Assembly: GCA_963717145.1 (NCBI GenBank)
Contig: OY970325.1
Coordinates: 1,632,001-1,696,000 of the forward strand
Source: an uncultured Armatimonadetes bacterium
GTDB lineage: Bacteria; Armatimonadota; UBA5829; DTJY01
Direction: 5' to 3'
Length of the DNA stretch: 64,000 nucleotides
Below the pieces are notes generated by a model that did not search any database, was not told the DNA's origin, and was given only the letters and a program-made list of their open reading frames with translations. Positions 53,153-62,473 of this stretch are shown piece after piece (within the stretch, counting starts at the first letter, position 1; the number at the start of each line of letters is the position of its first letter). The position numbers and the translations under genes were made by a program.

Positions 53153-53827
53153 ATGGCCATGATATCCGATCAGGATAGAGAGCTTCTGCGGGAGAGGTTC
53201 GCTGAAGAGATGCTGGATCCCGTTACCATAGTTGCTTTCACGAAGAAGACGCAGGGCTTGGATGCCGACGACCTGGAGTGCGAGTTCTGCGACGAGACGC
53301 AACAGATCGTCGAGGAGATCGCCAAGCTTTCGGACAGCATCAGGATCGAAAGGCATGCGTTGTCCCCAGATGATCCGATGGCCGAGGATCTGGGCGTGGA
53401 CAAGCTGCCCGCTCTCGTCCTCCAGGGACCGAGACAGGGAGCAGTCAAGTACTACGGCATTCCTGGTGGGTTCGAGTTCAACTCGCTGGTCGAGGATATT
53501 ATCGATGCCTCACGCGGATCGACCGATCTATCGGATGATGTCAAGGAGAAGATTCGTGGGATTCAGTGCGATGCGCACATACAGGTGTTCGTGACCCCGA
53601 CTTGCCCATACTGCCCGTCGGCGGTGAGGATCGCGCATCAGATGGCGATGGAGAATCCGGACCACATCACGGCGGACGCTGTCGAGGCGTCGGAGTTCCC
53701 GCATCTCGTCAGCAAGTATGAGCTGGCGGCGGTGCCGACGGTGATCATCAACGAGAAGGTCCAGTTCGAGGGCGCCTTGCCGGACGACGAGTTCGCCGAG
53801 CAGGTGGTCCTGGCTCTGGCGGCTTGA
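53153..53827 (+). CDS. Protein disulfide oxidoreductase (PDO / AhpF N-domain-like, double thioredoxin fold)
   Basis: CEFC and TPTCPYCP, YYGIPGGFEF, EASEFP, FEGALP. Confidence 0.9.
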   Translation: MAMISDQDRELLRERFAEEMLDPVTIVAFTKKTQGLDADDLECEFCDETQQIVEEIAKLSDSIRIERHALSPDDPMAEDLGVDKLPALVLQGPRQGAVKYYGIPGGFEFNSLVEDIIDASRGSTDLSDDVKEKIRGIQCDAHIQVFVTPTCPYCPSAVRIAHQMAMENPDHITADAVEASEFPHLVSKYELAAVPTVIINEKVQFEGALPDDEFAEQVVLALAA

Positions 53828-53872
53828 TGAATTGATTGGCGGGTTCCGGTTTGGACTGGCGGATGGTGGTGT

Positions 53873-53943
53873 CCGTAGGGGCGATCCTTCAACGGTCGCC
53901 CGATCGGTCTCGGCGGGCGACCGTTGAAGGATCGTCCCTGCGG
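53873..53943. repeat. Inverted GTAG-REP pair, family C
   Basis: ccgtaggggcgatccttcaacggtcgcccg ... cgggcgaccgttgaaggatcgtccctgcgg. Confidence 0.88.
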
Positions 53944-53985
53944 GCGCCATCAGTTGGTCAGTCCGAACCGGAATCCTTGGAGATA

Positions 53986-54372
53986 CTAGTCAGCGGGCCG
54001 GCATTGTAGAGGAGACAATGCCTTGATTGCCTCGTCCACGGTGTTGGTCCGCATGACCAATTCGTTCAAGCGAAGGAGTGTGTAGACCCTCTCCACCGGC
54101 GCGGCGAGGCTGACCAGAGCGACGTCCCCGCCCCTTTCGGTGGCCTTGTTCTTCGCTTCAAGGAGGACTCGGAACCCGGAACTGTCGATGTAGTTCATCT
54201 CCTGCAAGTCGAAAACAATCTTGCACCGGCCCTCATCGAAAAGGCCGTCGGTGACCTCTTTGAGCTTACGGCTCGTGATCAAGTCGCACTCGCCTCGAGC
54301 GTCGATGATGGCGATGTCGCCCTCAAACCTGCTGTCCACCTTCAACCGAGCTACGTGCCAAGTCTCAGCCAT
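53986..54372 (-). CDS. STAS-domain anti-sigma factor antagonist
   Basis: RGECDL, FDLQEMNYIDSSG. Confidence 0.9.
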   Translation of the reverse strand: MAETWHVARLKVDSRFEGDIAIIDARGECDLITSRKLKEVTDGLFDEGRCKIVFDLQEMNYIDSSGFRVLLEAKNKATERGGDVALVSLAAPVERVYTLLRLNELVMRTNTVDEAIKALSPLQCRPAD

Positions 54373-54530
54373 ATCGGTCGCCTCCTCAAGCCCATTCCGT
54401 TTGAATTCATATACCCACTTCTGAGGTGCATATCACCATGATATTAGCCGGTAAGCATCCGCTATTCCTCCATACACCGGAGGAATAGTCGCGTAAGAGC
54501 CGTATTGGGTTAGTGAACAGGAGTGATCTC

Positions 54531-54905
54531 ATGGTAACAGGCGTCGGCGTCGACATCATAGAAGTCGACCGGATTCGACAAAGCCTCGACCGCCGTCCCG
54601 GGTTTCGGGACCGAGTGCTCACGTCTTCGGAACAGGATATCTGCTTCTCCGGCGGAGATCCGGCGGAACGGGTCGCCGGACGATTTGCCGCCAAGGAAGC
54701 GGTGGCGAAGGCACTCGGTCGCAGTCTAGGCTGGCTCGATGTGGAGATCCTGGCCGACGAACATGGCAAGCCGCTGGTTCGGCTGCTCAACGGCGCATCG
54801 TCCGCCGCCGATGGACGCACGGTGATGGTCAGCATCTCGCATTGTCGGACCCACGCAGTGGCGTATGCCGTGGCGGTGATGTATAATGCAACCGAGGGCA
54901 GCTAA
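54531..54905 (+). CDS. acpS: Holo-ACP synthase
   Basis: GVGVDII, AGRFAAKEAVAKALG, GKP, SISH. Confidence 0.95.
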   Translation: MVTGVGVDIIEVDRIRQSLDRRPGFRDRVLTSSEQDICFSGGDPAERVAGRFAAKEAVAKALGRSLGWLDVEILADEHGKPLVRLLNGASSAADGRTVMVSISHCRTHAVAYAVAVMYNATEGS

Positions 54906-56448
54906 TTTGAAAGTGGCAACGGCCGAACAGATGCGCGGGTTCGACCGGCGGGCGTCGGAGGACTTCGGAGTCCCGAGCATCGTTCTGATGGAGAACGCCG
55001 GTCGTCACGTCGCCGAGGCCGTCGGGGACGCACTCGGCGACCTCAACGGCAAGCACGTGACTATCGTCGCCGGGCGCGGTAACAATGGCGGCGATGGCTT
55101 CGTCGTTGCACGTCACCTCAGAGACGCCGGCGCACATGTCGCGGTCTTCCTCCTCGGCAGACGGGAAGACGTCCAGGGCGACGCACGATCCAACTTGGAC
55201 ATGCTCCTCGATTCGGACATCAGCGTCCAAAGCATCTCATCCGTGGAGGAGATAACCAATACCCTCGCCAACAGCCATGCCATCGTCGATGCCATGTTCG
55301 GCACGGGCCTGCGCGGCGAAGTGACCGGGCTGCCCGCCGACGTGATCCAGGCGATCAACGCCGCGAGAAAGCCGGTCATCGCGGTCGATATCCCGTCCGG
55401 GATGGACGCCAATACCGGCGCGGTCCTCGGTGTCTGCGTCAGGGCCGACCGCACCGTCACATTCGCCCTCCCGAAGATCGGGCTGCTCATGTATCCGGGC
55501 GCGGCATGCGTCGGAGAACTCGTCGTGGGCGACATCGGCATCCCCAAGTGCCTGTACCAAGAGATCACTGTCGAACTCGTGGACGACGCGATGGTTGCCT
55601 CGAAGCTCCCAGACCGCCCGCCGGACGCTCACAAGGGCACGTTCGGCACGGCCATCATCATCGCCGGCTCGCTCGGAATGACTGGAGCAGCGGCGATGGC
55701 GTCGGAGACGGCACTCCGAGCCGGCGCGGGGCTCTCGACCCTCGCATGTGCGGCTAGTCTGCAGGACATCATGGCGGCCAAGCTCACCGAGGTCATGACC
55801 CGCGGCCTTCCGGAAACCGATGCCCGCTCGATCTCCTCCGAAGCCGTCGATCGGGCGCTCGAACTCGTCGAGAAGGGCAATGCGGTCGTTCTCGGCTGCG
55901 GGCTCGGGACTCATCCCGACACGTGCGAATTCGTCCACCGCTTGGTAAAGTCGGCGCGCAAACCGATGATTATAGATGCGGACGGCCTGAATGCGTTGTC
56001 GAAGGATATCGGCGCGCTGGAAGGCGACCACGGCGACCTGGTGCTGACCCCCCACCCCGGCGAGATGGCGCGCCTCCTTGGAACCACTACGGAGGAGGTG
56101 CAGTCTAACCGGATGGAGGCAGTCAAGCAGGCGGCATCCCGATTCCGCTGCGTCGTTGTGTTGAAGGGCGCGCGCACATTGATCGCCGATCCGTCCGGCA
56201 ACGTCTTCATCAACCCAACCGGCGGGCCCGGACTGGCGACCGGGGGCACGGGCGACGTCCTCGCGGGTGCGATCGGCGGGCTGATGGCTCAGGGCCTCTC
56301 TCCGCTCGATGCCGCGATCTGCGGCGCGTTCATTCACGGGAGAGCAGGCGACATCGCCGCCGAGCAGATCGGTGCAGCGGGGATGATCGCCGGAGACGTG
56401 CTCCGAGCGCTCCCGGCGGCACTGAAGCAGCTTTACAACAACCTGTAG
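54886..56448 (+). CDS. nnr: Bifunctional NAD(P)H-hydrate epimerase/dehydratase
   Basis: LMENAG, GNNGGDG, DIPSG, HKGTFG, DADGLN, TPHPGEM, GGTGDVL. Confidence 0.95.
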   Translation: MQPRAANLKVATAEQMRGFDRRASEDFGVPSIVLMENAGRHVAEAVGDALGDLNGKHVTIVAGRGNNGGDGFVVARHLRDAGAHVAVFLLGRREDVQGDARSNLDMLLDSDISVQSISSVEEITNTLANSHAIVDAMFGTGLRGEVTGLPADVIQAINAARKPVIAVDIPSGMDANTGAVLGVCVRADRTVTFALPKIGLLMYPGAACVGELVVGDIGIPKCLYQEITVELVDDAMVASKLPDRPPDAHKGTFGTAIIIAGSLGMTGAAAMASETALRAGAGLSTLACAASLQDIMAAKLTEVMTRGLPETDARSISSEAVDRALELVEKGNAVVLGCGLGTHPDTCEFVHRLVKSARKPMIIDADGLNALSKDIGALEGDHGDLVLTPHPGEMARLLGTTTEEVQSNRMEAVKQAASRFRCVVVLKGARTLIADPSGNVFINPTGGPGLATGGTGDVLAGAIGGLMAQGLSPLDAAICGAFIHGRAGDIAAEQIGAAGMIAGDVLRALPAALKQLYNNL

Positions 56449-56537
56449 GAGGGATTTGCCGGGATGATTGTGCCCGGTAATCCCGATTGACGCGTTCGGG
56501 ATTACCGGGCACAATCATCCCGGCAAATCCCTCCTAC
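56445..56537. repeat. Inverted GTAG-REP pair, family D (perfect ~42-bp stem)
   Basis: gtaggagggatttgccgggatgattgtgcccggtaatcccga and its reverse complement. Confidence 0.9.
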
Positions 56538-56551
56538 GAATGGAGACATCC

Positions 56552-57793
56552 ATGCGAGCAATCATACTTATTCTGGCAGTGACGATGCTGGCGACCTCGG
56601 TCTGGGCAATCCCGACCGCGACGATCGGCGTCCCGGCCGCGGGCGAGCACTTCTACTGGTTCTCCTACACCGATATCAAGGGCGGTCCCGCCGTCACTAC
56701 GCCGAAGTCATTCAAGGACAAGAAGGTGACCGCCAACGTGCCGTTGGTGAAGGACGCGGTTCCGAAGGGAACCCTCCTCTACGTCCTCGATGCGAAGACC
56801 GGCAACGAGGCCGTCAAGCCGCTTGAGGGCAAGGGATCGCTGGCCGTTGACCTCAAGAAGTCCGACTTCGACAAGGTGCGCAAGGTCGTGCTGTGGGTGA
56901 TCGGCAGCGTGAAAGACCGTCCGATCGCCGCCGCAGTCGTCAAGCTTGTAGATGCCGATAAGAAGGCGCAGCAGAGGGTGCTCGACCCATCATCAGTCGG
57001 AACGGTCGAGTTCAACGACGTGGCCGAAGGGACTGCGAGCGTGACCGTTCTCTACGGCGACAACAAGAAGTCAATCCAAGATGTGGACATCACCCTCGAG
57101 CGGAAGATCCCCGTGCTGAAGATCGACATACCGATCGCCGGAGAGATCGAGTCTGTGGGTGTTTTCTCGCGCGGCCCAAGCGATCTTGACAACTCTGAGC
57201 AGTCCGATAAGGAAGCTCCGCAGGTCAAGGGCGTAGATTACATCACCGGCCTGATCGGCGCGATCCTGCTCATCATCGTCATCTACTTCGCGGTCAGAAT
57301 GATGCGCGACAAAGGCGCGGGCGCGAAGTCGATCCTCAAGAAGCTCGGCGTTCAGGTGGAGGAGGACCGGCCGCTGATCCAGCCTGCCAAACCGGTGCCG
57401 CCCGTCGATCCGACCATATGCCCGTTCTGCGGCCAGAAGAAGGACGCATCGGGCGCGTGCTCGTGCTCGGTGATCGGAGCGGCGGCATCCGCCGTGTCAG
57501 CGGCATCCGGTCCGAGACTCGTGGCGATCCAGGGTCCGCGCATGGGTGAGGTCTACGAACTCCAGGGGACGCTGACGATCGGCCGTGACGAATCGAATAC
57601 GGTCGCATTCCCCGACGACAGCACGGTTTCTCGCAGGCATGCGCGGATCGCCTCCGATGCAGGCGCGTTCACTGTATACGACGAGGGTTCGTCGAACGGC
57701 ACGTTCGTCAACGGCGTCAAGGTGACGGAGCAGGCGCTCCACTCCGGCGACGAGATCCAGATTGGAACGACGAGACTTAGATTCGAAGCTTAG
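56552..57793 (+). CDS. Single-pass protein: exported beta domain, TM, Cys4 motif, C-terminal FHA
   Basis: Signal peptide MRAIILILAV; TM YITGLIGAILLIIVIYF; CPFC..CSC; IGRD, SRRHA, SSNGTFVNG. Confidence 0.88.
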   Translation: MRAIILILAVTMLATSVWAIPTATIGVPAAGEHFYWFSYTDIKGGPAVTTPKSFKDKKVTANVPLVKDAVPKGTLLYVLDAKTGNEAVKPLEGKGSLAVDLKKSDFDKVRKVVLWVIGSVKDRPIAAAVVKLVDADKKAQQRVLDPSSVGTVEFNDVAEGTASVTVLYGDNKKSIQDVDITLERKIPVLKIDIPIAGEIESVGVFSRGPSDLDNSEQSDKEAPQVKGVDYITGLIGAILLIIVIYFAVRMMRDKGAGAKSILKKLGVQVEEDRPLIQPAKPVPPVDPTICPFCGQKKDASGACSCSVIGAAASAVSAASGPRLVAIQGPRMGEVYELQGTLTIGRDESNTVAFPDDSTVSRRHARIASDAGAFTVYDEGSSNGTFVNGVKVTEQALHSGDEIQIGTTRLRFEA

Positions 57794-57864
57794 GGGAGTA
57801 TGGGAGTATGGGGGTATGGGGGCATGGGCGATTCCGGACTCCCACACTCCCATACTCCCATACC
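57794..57864. repeat. Octamer-tandem inverted repeat (GGGRGTAT)
   Basis: gggagtatgggagtatgggggtatggg ... cccacactcccatactcccatacc. Confidence 0.8.
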
Positions 57865-57876
57865 TAATCTGCAAAC

Positions 57877-59289
57877 ATGTCACTTAACTCGAAGATACTC
57901 ATGAGCCTTCTGGCCGGGACGTTTGCCGCGCTGCTCGCGTGGGTGTGCATCGACTTCAATCCGTGGTATCACCTGCCGCAATCGTTCGCCTCCGCAACGT
58001 TCTTCGAGAATGTCAGGAGCCAGATGGCCATCACGCTGGTATTCGGCTGCTTTGTCGGAGCGGCACTCGGCGCAGTGAACGGGATGTTCAGTGCGAGCGG
58101 CCGAATGACTCAGCGGTATGTCGGTTGGGGCATCGTGATCGGCGGACTCGGCGGATTCCTCGGCCTGTACTTCGGGCAGATGTTCTTCGGACCGCTTTAC
58201 AACATCGCCAACCGGATGTCGGCCATGGCCGCAACCAAGCCGATTGCCTTTGTATTCCAGGTGTTCGCGCGCGCCATCGGATGGGCTCTCATCGGTGTCT
58301 TCGTGGGGATCGCGCAGGGCATCCCCATCAACTCGAAACGGGCCATGCGTCACGGCGCGCTCGGCGGGCTGATCGGAGGGTTGATCGGCGGCACGATGTT
58401 CGAACTGGCGCGCTACATCCTCCCGCCGGGAACCGCCAACGTCGGCGTCATCAGCCGGGGAATCGGGTTGACGGCAACCGGAGCCGCGATCGGGTTCTTC
58501 ATCGGCCTGGTGGAGACGCTGCTCAAGCAGGCGTGGATTCGAGTCGTCCAGGGACGGAACGAGGGCCGGGAATACGTCATCAGCAAGCCGCAGACGACCA
58601 TCGGGCGGAACGAGCTTTCGGATATCGGACTCTTCGGCGACACGAATATCGCGCCCGCACACGCGATCATCGAGCAACTCGCCGGACGCCATGTGATTCA
58701 TGACGCGGGAACGCCTGCGGGCACATCGGTCAATGGACAGAGGATTCAGATGGCGGGCCTCAAGGACGGCGATATCATCCAGATCGCTTCGATGCGCCTG
58801 GAGTTCCACGAGAAAGCGACCGCGTCCAAGATCGCGCCACCGGTCGATGTCGGGTCGAAGCCGATCAACATCCCATCGATGGAGGGCATCTGCCCGTACT
58901 GCGGGACGAAGAAGACCGCGACCGGACAGTGCGCGTGCTCGGTTGGATCGGGTGCCCCTGCAGTCATGCCCGGACCGACGCCGACTTCAGCGCCCGGGGC
59001 GGGTCCGCGACTCGTCGGGCTCGAAGGTCCATATGCCGGGCAGGTGTTCAACCTCTCCGCGCCTTTGGTGAGTGTCGGCAGGGAGCCGGGCAGGCATGTT
59101 CAACTGCCGCTCGACTCGACGGTCTCGAGACACCACGCGAGCATTCGGAACGAAAACGGCTCGTTCATCGTTAATGATGAGGGGAGTTCGAACGGCACGG
59201 CGGTGAACGGCATGCGTATCACCAGCCAGCCGCTCAACCCCGGTGACACGCTGCAGTTCGGCAGCTCCGCATTCAGGTTTGAGGTCTGA
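57877..59289 (+). CDS. Multi-TM protein with two FHA domains and a Cys4 motif
   Basis: Gly-rich TM helices; IGR..HA..GTSVNG; CPYC..CAC; VGR..SRHHA..SSNGT. Confidence 0.88.
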   Translation: MSLNSKILMSLLAGTFAALLAWVCIDFNPWYHLPQSFASATFFENVRSQMAITLVFGCFVGAALGAVNGMFSASGRMTQRYVGWGIVIGGLGGFLGLYFGQMFFGPLYNIANRMSAMAATKPIAFVFQVFARAIGWALIGVFVGIAQGIPINSKRAMRHGALGGLIGGLIGGTMFELARYILPPGTANVGVISRGIGLTATGAAIGFFIGLVETLLKQAWIRVVQGRNEGREYVISKPQTTIGRNELSDIGLFGDTNIAPAHAIIEQLAGRHVIHDAGTPAGTSVNGQRIQMAGLKDGDIIQIASMRLEFHEKATASKIAPPVDVGSKPINIPSMEGICPYCGTKKTATGQCACSVGSGAPAVMPGPTPTSAPGAGPRLVGLEGPYAGQVFNLSAPLVSVGREPGRHVQLPLDSTVSRHHASIRNENGSFIVNDEGSSNGTAVNGMRITSQPLNPGDTLQFGSSAFRFEV

Positions 59290-59290
59290 T

Positions 59291-60064
59291 ATGAAGGCAG
59301 ACTACTCGGCCATCGCGCCGAACTATGATGCAGGACGTAAGCTCTCCGATGAGCTTGTCGGGAAGTGGGTCGCCCTCATCCGCGACAGAGGCCGGCTGAA
59401 GCCCGGTGACCTGTGCCTCGACCTGGGATGCGGGACCGGGCGGTTCACGATCCCATCTGCCGAGGTCATCGGCGCTCGGATGGTCGGAGCCGATCTGTCA
59501 GAGGGAATGCTCTCGGAGGCGAAGAGCAAGCCGGGCGCAGATGGAATCGGATGGGTCAGATGCAATGCCGAGCAGCCGGCCTTTCGGTCGGAGGCATTCC
59601 AATGCGTGTTCATGTCGCTGCTGATCCACCACGTGGACGACAAGGACCGCGTCCTGCGGGAGTGCCGGCGCATCCTGAGGCCGGGAGGAGTCTTCCTGAT
59701 GCGCACCTCGGGGCATGACGACATGCAGAACACGATGCCGGTCTATCGCTTTTTCCCCGAGGCATGGGAGATCGACCGCAACCGTCTGCCCGACATAAGT
59801 GTCATAGAAGATAGCATACATCGAGCGGGATTCCATGCGGTCAGGCATGAGAAGGTCCGGCAGGAACTCGTATCGTCGGTCGAGGAATACCTGGAGAAGA
59901 ACCGGCGAAAAAACATCTCGGCGCTGACTATGATCCCCGAGGATGAGTTTCAGCGAAACCTAAGCGACATGCAGGCGTACTTCAGCTCGATCAGCGAGGC
60001 AGCCGCCCTCGCCGAGATCAACGCCGAAACGCTGACACTCGTCATCGGCGAAACAACGACTTAG
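59291..60064 (+). CDS. Class I SAM-dependent methyltransferase
   Basis: LDLGCGTG, GADLS..ML, RILRPGG. Confidence 0.9.
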   Translation: MKADYSAIAPNYDAGRKLSDELVGKWVALIRDRGRLKPGDLCLDLGCGTGRFTIPSAEVIGARMVGADLSEGMLSEAKSKPGADGIGWVRCNAEQPAFRSEAFQCVFMSLLIHHVDDKDRVLRECRRILRPGGVFLMRTSGHDDMQNTMPVYRFFPEAWEIDRNRLPDISVIEDSIHRAGFHAVRHEKVRQELVSSVEEYLEKNRRKNISALTMIPEDEFQRNLSDMQAYFSSISEAAALAEINAETLTLVIGETTT

Positions 60065-60165
60065 AACACGGATCACACAGATGGAGCACAGATAGCACAG
60101 ATGAATTCTGGAATTCCGGAGTTCTTTCTGTGTTATCCTCTGCAATCTGTGCCATCTGTGTTCTT
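60065..60165. repeat. CACAGAT-tandem inverted repeat
   Basis: aacacggatcacacagatggagcacagatagcacagat ... tctgcaatctgtgccatctgtgttc. Confidence 0.8.
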
Positions 60166-60177
60166 CGGAGGAGACTT

Positions 60178-61506
60178 ATGGAACAGACCCGAATCATTCC
60201 GCCCGGTGGCGGCGATCCGAGCGACCGCACTCAGGCCATGACCGACATCGGCAAGACCGCGATGGTCGGCGCCGTTCGTGCGCTCGAGATGGATGTCATC
60301 GCCGGCAACCGGTATGCGCTCTCGAATGAGCCTTCGCGCGATCACGTCATGCTCCAACTGCGGTCGTCGGCCAACACGATGGGCCGCCGCCTGCCGATCA
60401 ACCTCGCGCTGGTGGTCGACCGCAGCGGATCGATGGAGGGCGAGCCGCTCGACTATGTCAAGCGCGCCTGCGGATACGTCGTTGACCTGCTCGATCAGAA
60501 CGACGTGCTCTCGATCATCACCTTCGAGGAGCAGGTGGACGTCCTGATGCCCGCCCGGCGCGTGGTCAACAAGACGCTCCTGAAGGAGCACATCAACCGC
60601 ATCGAGCCGGGAAACACCACCAATCTCTACGACGGCATCGTGGTCGGCTGCAACCAGGTCTCATCGGCGGCGACACCGGGCTACGTAAACCGCGTGCTCC
60701 TGCTGACCGACGGCGATCCGACCGCCGGCATCAAGGATTTCGGCTCGATCGTCGGCCAGGTCGCCGAGCAGAAGAGCCGTGGGATCACGATCACCGCGCT
60801 CGGATTCGGGCCGGAGTACAACGAGGAGCTGATCGCCGGGATCGCGCGTCAGAGCGGCGGGAACTACTACTACATCTCCCGCCCCGACCTGATCCCCGAA
60901 GTATTCCGCCGGGAACTCGAGAGCCTGATGACGATCACCGCCCGGAACATGAAGCTGCGGCTGAACCTCTCGAAGTGGGTCCAACTCAGACAGATTTACG
61001 GACGCCAGCCGACGTTCACCGGACGGTTCGCCGAGGTCCCGCTCGTCGATCTAGAGCGCGGGAGTGCGATGTCGGTGCTGTGCGAGCTGGAGTTCGCTCC
61101 CCGGCCGACGGGCGTCTACCGAGTGGTCAAGGCAGAGTTGTCATACGACGACGCCACGAGTGGACGGAGCGAGACTATCGCCGCGGACATCGAGTACGAG
61201 TTCACGCCGGATCGGGCGCTCGTTCAGGCGAACGTCAATCCGATCATCGCGCAGGAGATCGAGATCGCGCTCGCATCGAGAAACCTCGAGAAGACCGTCA
61301 TGGGCATGAAGACCCAGCAGCTATCGGCGATGACCGCCACCATGGAGCTTCAGAAGACCATGAGCCTGCTCGCGAGCCAGGGACGAGCCGACGAGGCGGA
61401 GGATGTCCGTAAGGCAATCGAGAGCATCCAGCAGGGCGGACCGGGCGCTGAGAAGACGCTCATCGGCACGATATACTCGCTCGATCAGGGCAAGAGGAAG
61501 GATTGA
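60178..61506 (+). CDS. VWA-domain protein (YfbK-like)
   Basis: MIDAS DRSGS, GNTTNL, LLTDG, ALGFG..YNE, SGGNYY. Confidence 0.92.
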   Translation: MEQTRIIPPGGGDPSDRTQAMTDIGKTAMVGAVRALEMDVIAGNRYALSNEPSRDHVMLQLRSSANTMGRRLPINLALVVDRSGSMEGEPLDYVKRACGYVVDLLDQNDVLSIITFEEQVDVLMPARRVVNKTLLKEHINRIEPGNTTNLYDGIVVGCNQVSSAATPGYVNRVLLLTDGDPTAGIKDFGSIVGQVAEQKSRGITITALGFGPEYNEELIAGIARQSGGNYYYISRPDLIPEVFRRELESLMTITARNMKLRLNLSKWVQLRQIYGRQPTFTGRFAEVPLVDLERGSAMSVLCELEFAPRPTGVYRVVKAELSYDDATSGRSETIAADIEYEFTPDRALVQANVNPIIAQEIEIALASRNLEKTVMGMKTQQLSAMTATMELQKTMSLLASQGRADEAEDVRKAIESIQQGGPGAEKTLIGTIYSLDQGKRKD

Positions 61507-61510
61507 CCTA

Positions 61511-62407
61511 ATGGATACTGACAAGACCATGATCTCCGCTCCGATGCCGGACGCCAATGCGACCATCATCGGCGCGACGGTGAAGTGCCCGGTCTGCGGC
61601 ACGGAGAGCAGTCCGACCGAGAAGTATTGCGGCGACTGCGGGTTCCTCCTCTCCTCGACGCCCGGTGAGGTCGGCGAGGTGGCTGAGGTCGCTCCTCAGG
61701 CCAAGTTGATCGGATCCGCACGCCAGTACCTGCTCAAGCCGGGCGAGAACACCGTCGGCCGCGAGGATACGGATGTCTTGATCGAGGACGCGACGGTCTC
61801 CCGCAGGCACGCGCTGATCGTCCTGGAGGGCGGGAAGTGCTTCGTCGAGGACCTTGGGAGCACCAACGGCACCTCTGTCAACCGCGCGCAAATCGCGAAG
61901 GGTGAACGCATTGAGGTGGAATCCAGCGCTGAATTGAAGTTCGGGTCGAGCATTGTCACCCTCGACCTCCCCGAGATGGCCGCTGACGAGGCCGAATCAA
62001 TCGAGGAGGCGTCCGAGGTCGAGGCCGCAGTCGAATCGGTCGAGCAGTTGGAGGAGATGATCGAAGCGAAGGTTCCATCAGACGGAGTCTCCGCCGAAGA
62101 ACCTGCAGTTTCGCCGGTCGCGAATCTCATCAGCCCGGAGACCTCCGAGGAGTTCGCCATCGTGCCTGGAGTGAATACGATCGGCCGGCGCGGGGACAAC
62201 AACATCGTGCTCTCGGGCGACCCGTATGTCTCCGGCTCGCATGCCCAGATCACCGCCGATGACGGCTCGTTCGTGCTCACGGATGTCGGCAGCACGAACG
62301 GCACCACGCTCAATGGCGCGAAGGTCGAGCCGGATCAGCCGGTCGATCTATCTGCCGGAGACGAGATCGTCTTCGGGAAAACCGCAATGAAGTTCCAATC
62401 GTCATAG
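61511..62407 (+). CDS. Zinc-ribbon plus two FHA domains
   Basis: CPVC..CGDC; GR..SRRHA..GSTNGT; acidic linker; GRR..SGSHA..GSTNGT. Confidence 0.9.
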   Translation: MDTDKTMISAPMPDANATIIGATVKCPVCGTESSPTEKYCGDCGFLLSSTPGEVGEVAEVAPQAKLIGSARQYLLKPGENTVGREDTDVLIEDATVSRRHALIVLEGGKCFVEDLGSTNGTSVNRAQIAKGERIEVESSAELKFGSSIVTLDLPEMAADEAESIEEASEVEAAVESVEQLEEMIEAKVPSDGVSAEEPAVSPVANLISPETSEEFAIVPGVNTIGRRGDNNIVLSGDPYVSGSHAQITADDGSFVLTDVGSTNGTTLNGAKVEPDQPVDLSAGDEIVFGKTAMKFQSS

Positions 62408-62464
62408 GTCCTATATGTCCCATAGGTCCCATGGGACATATAGGACTGATAGGACCGATAGGAT
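62404..62464. repeat. ATAGGWC nonamer-tandem palindrome
   Basis: ataggtcctatatgtcccataggtcccatgggacatataggactgataggaccgatagga. Confidence 0.75.
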
Positions 62465-62473
62465 ATTTCACAC

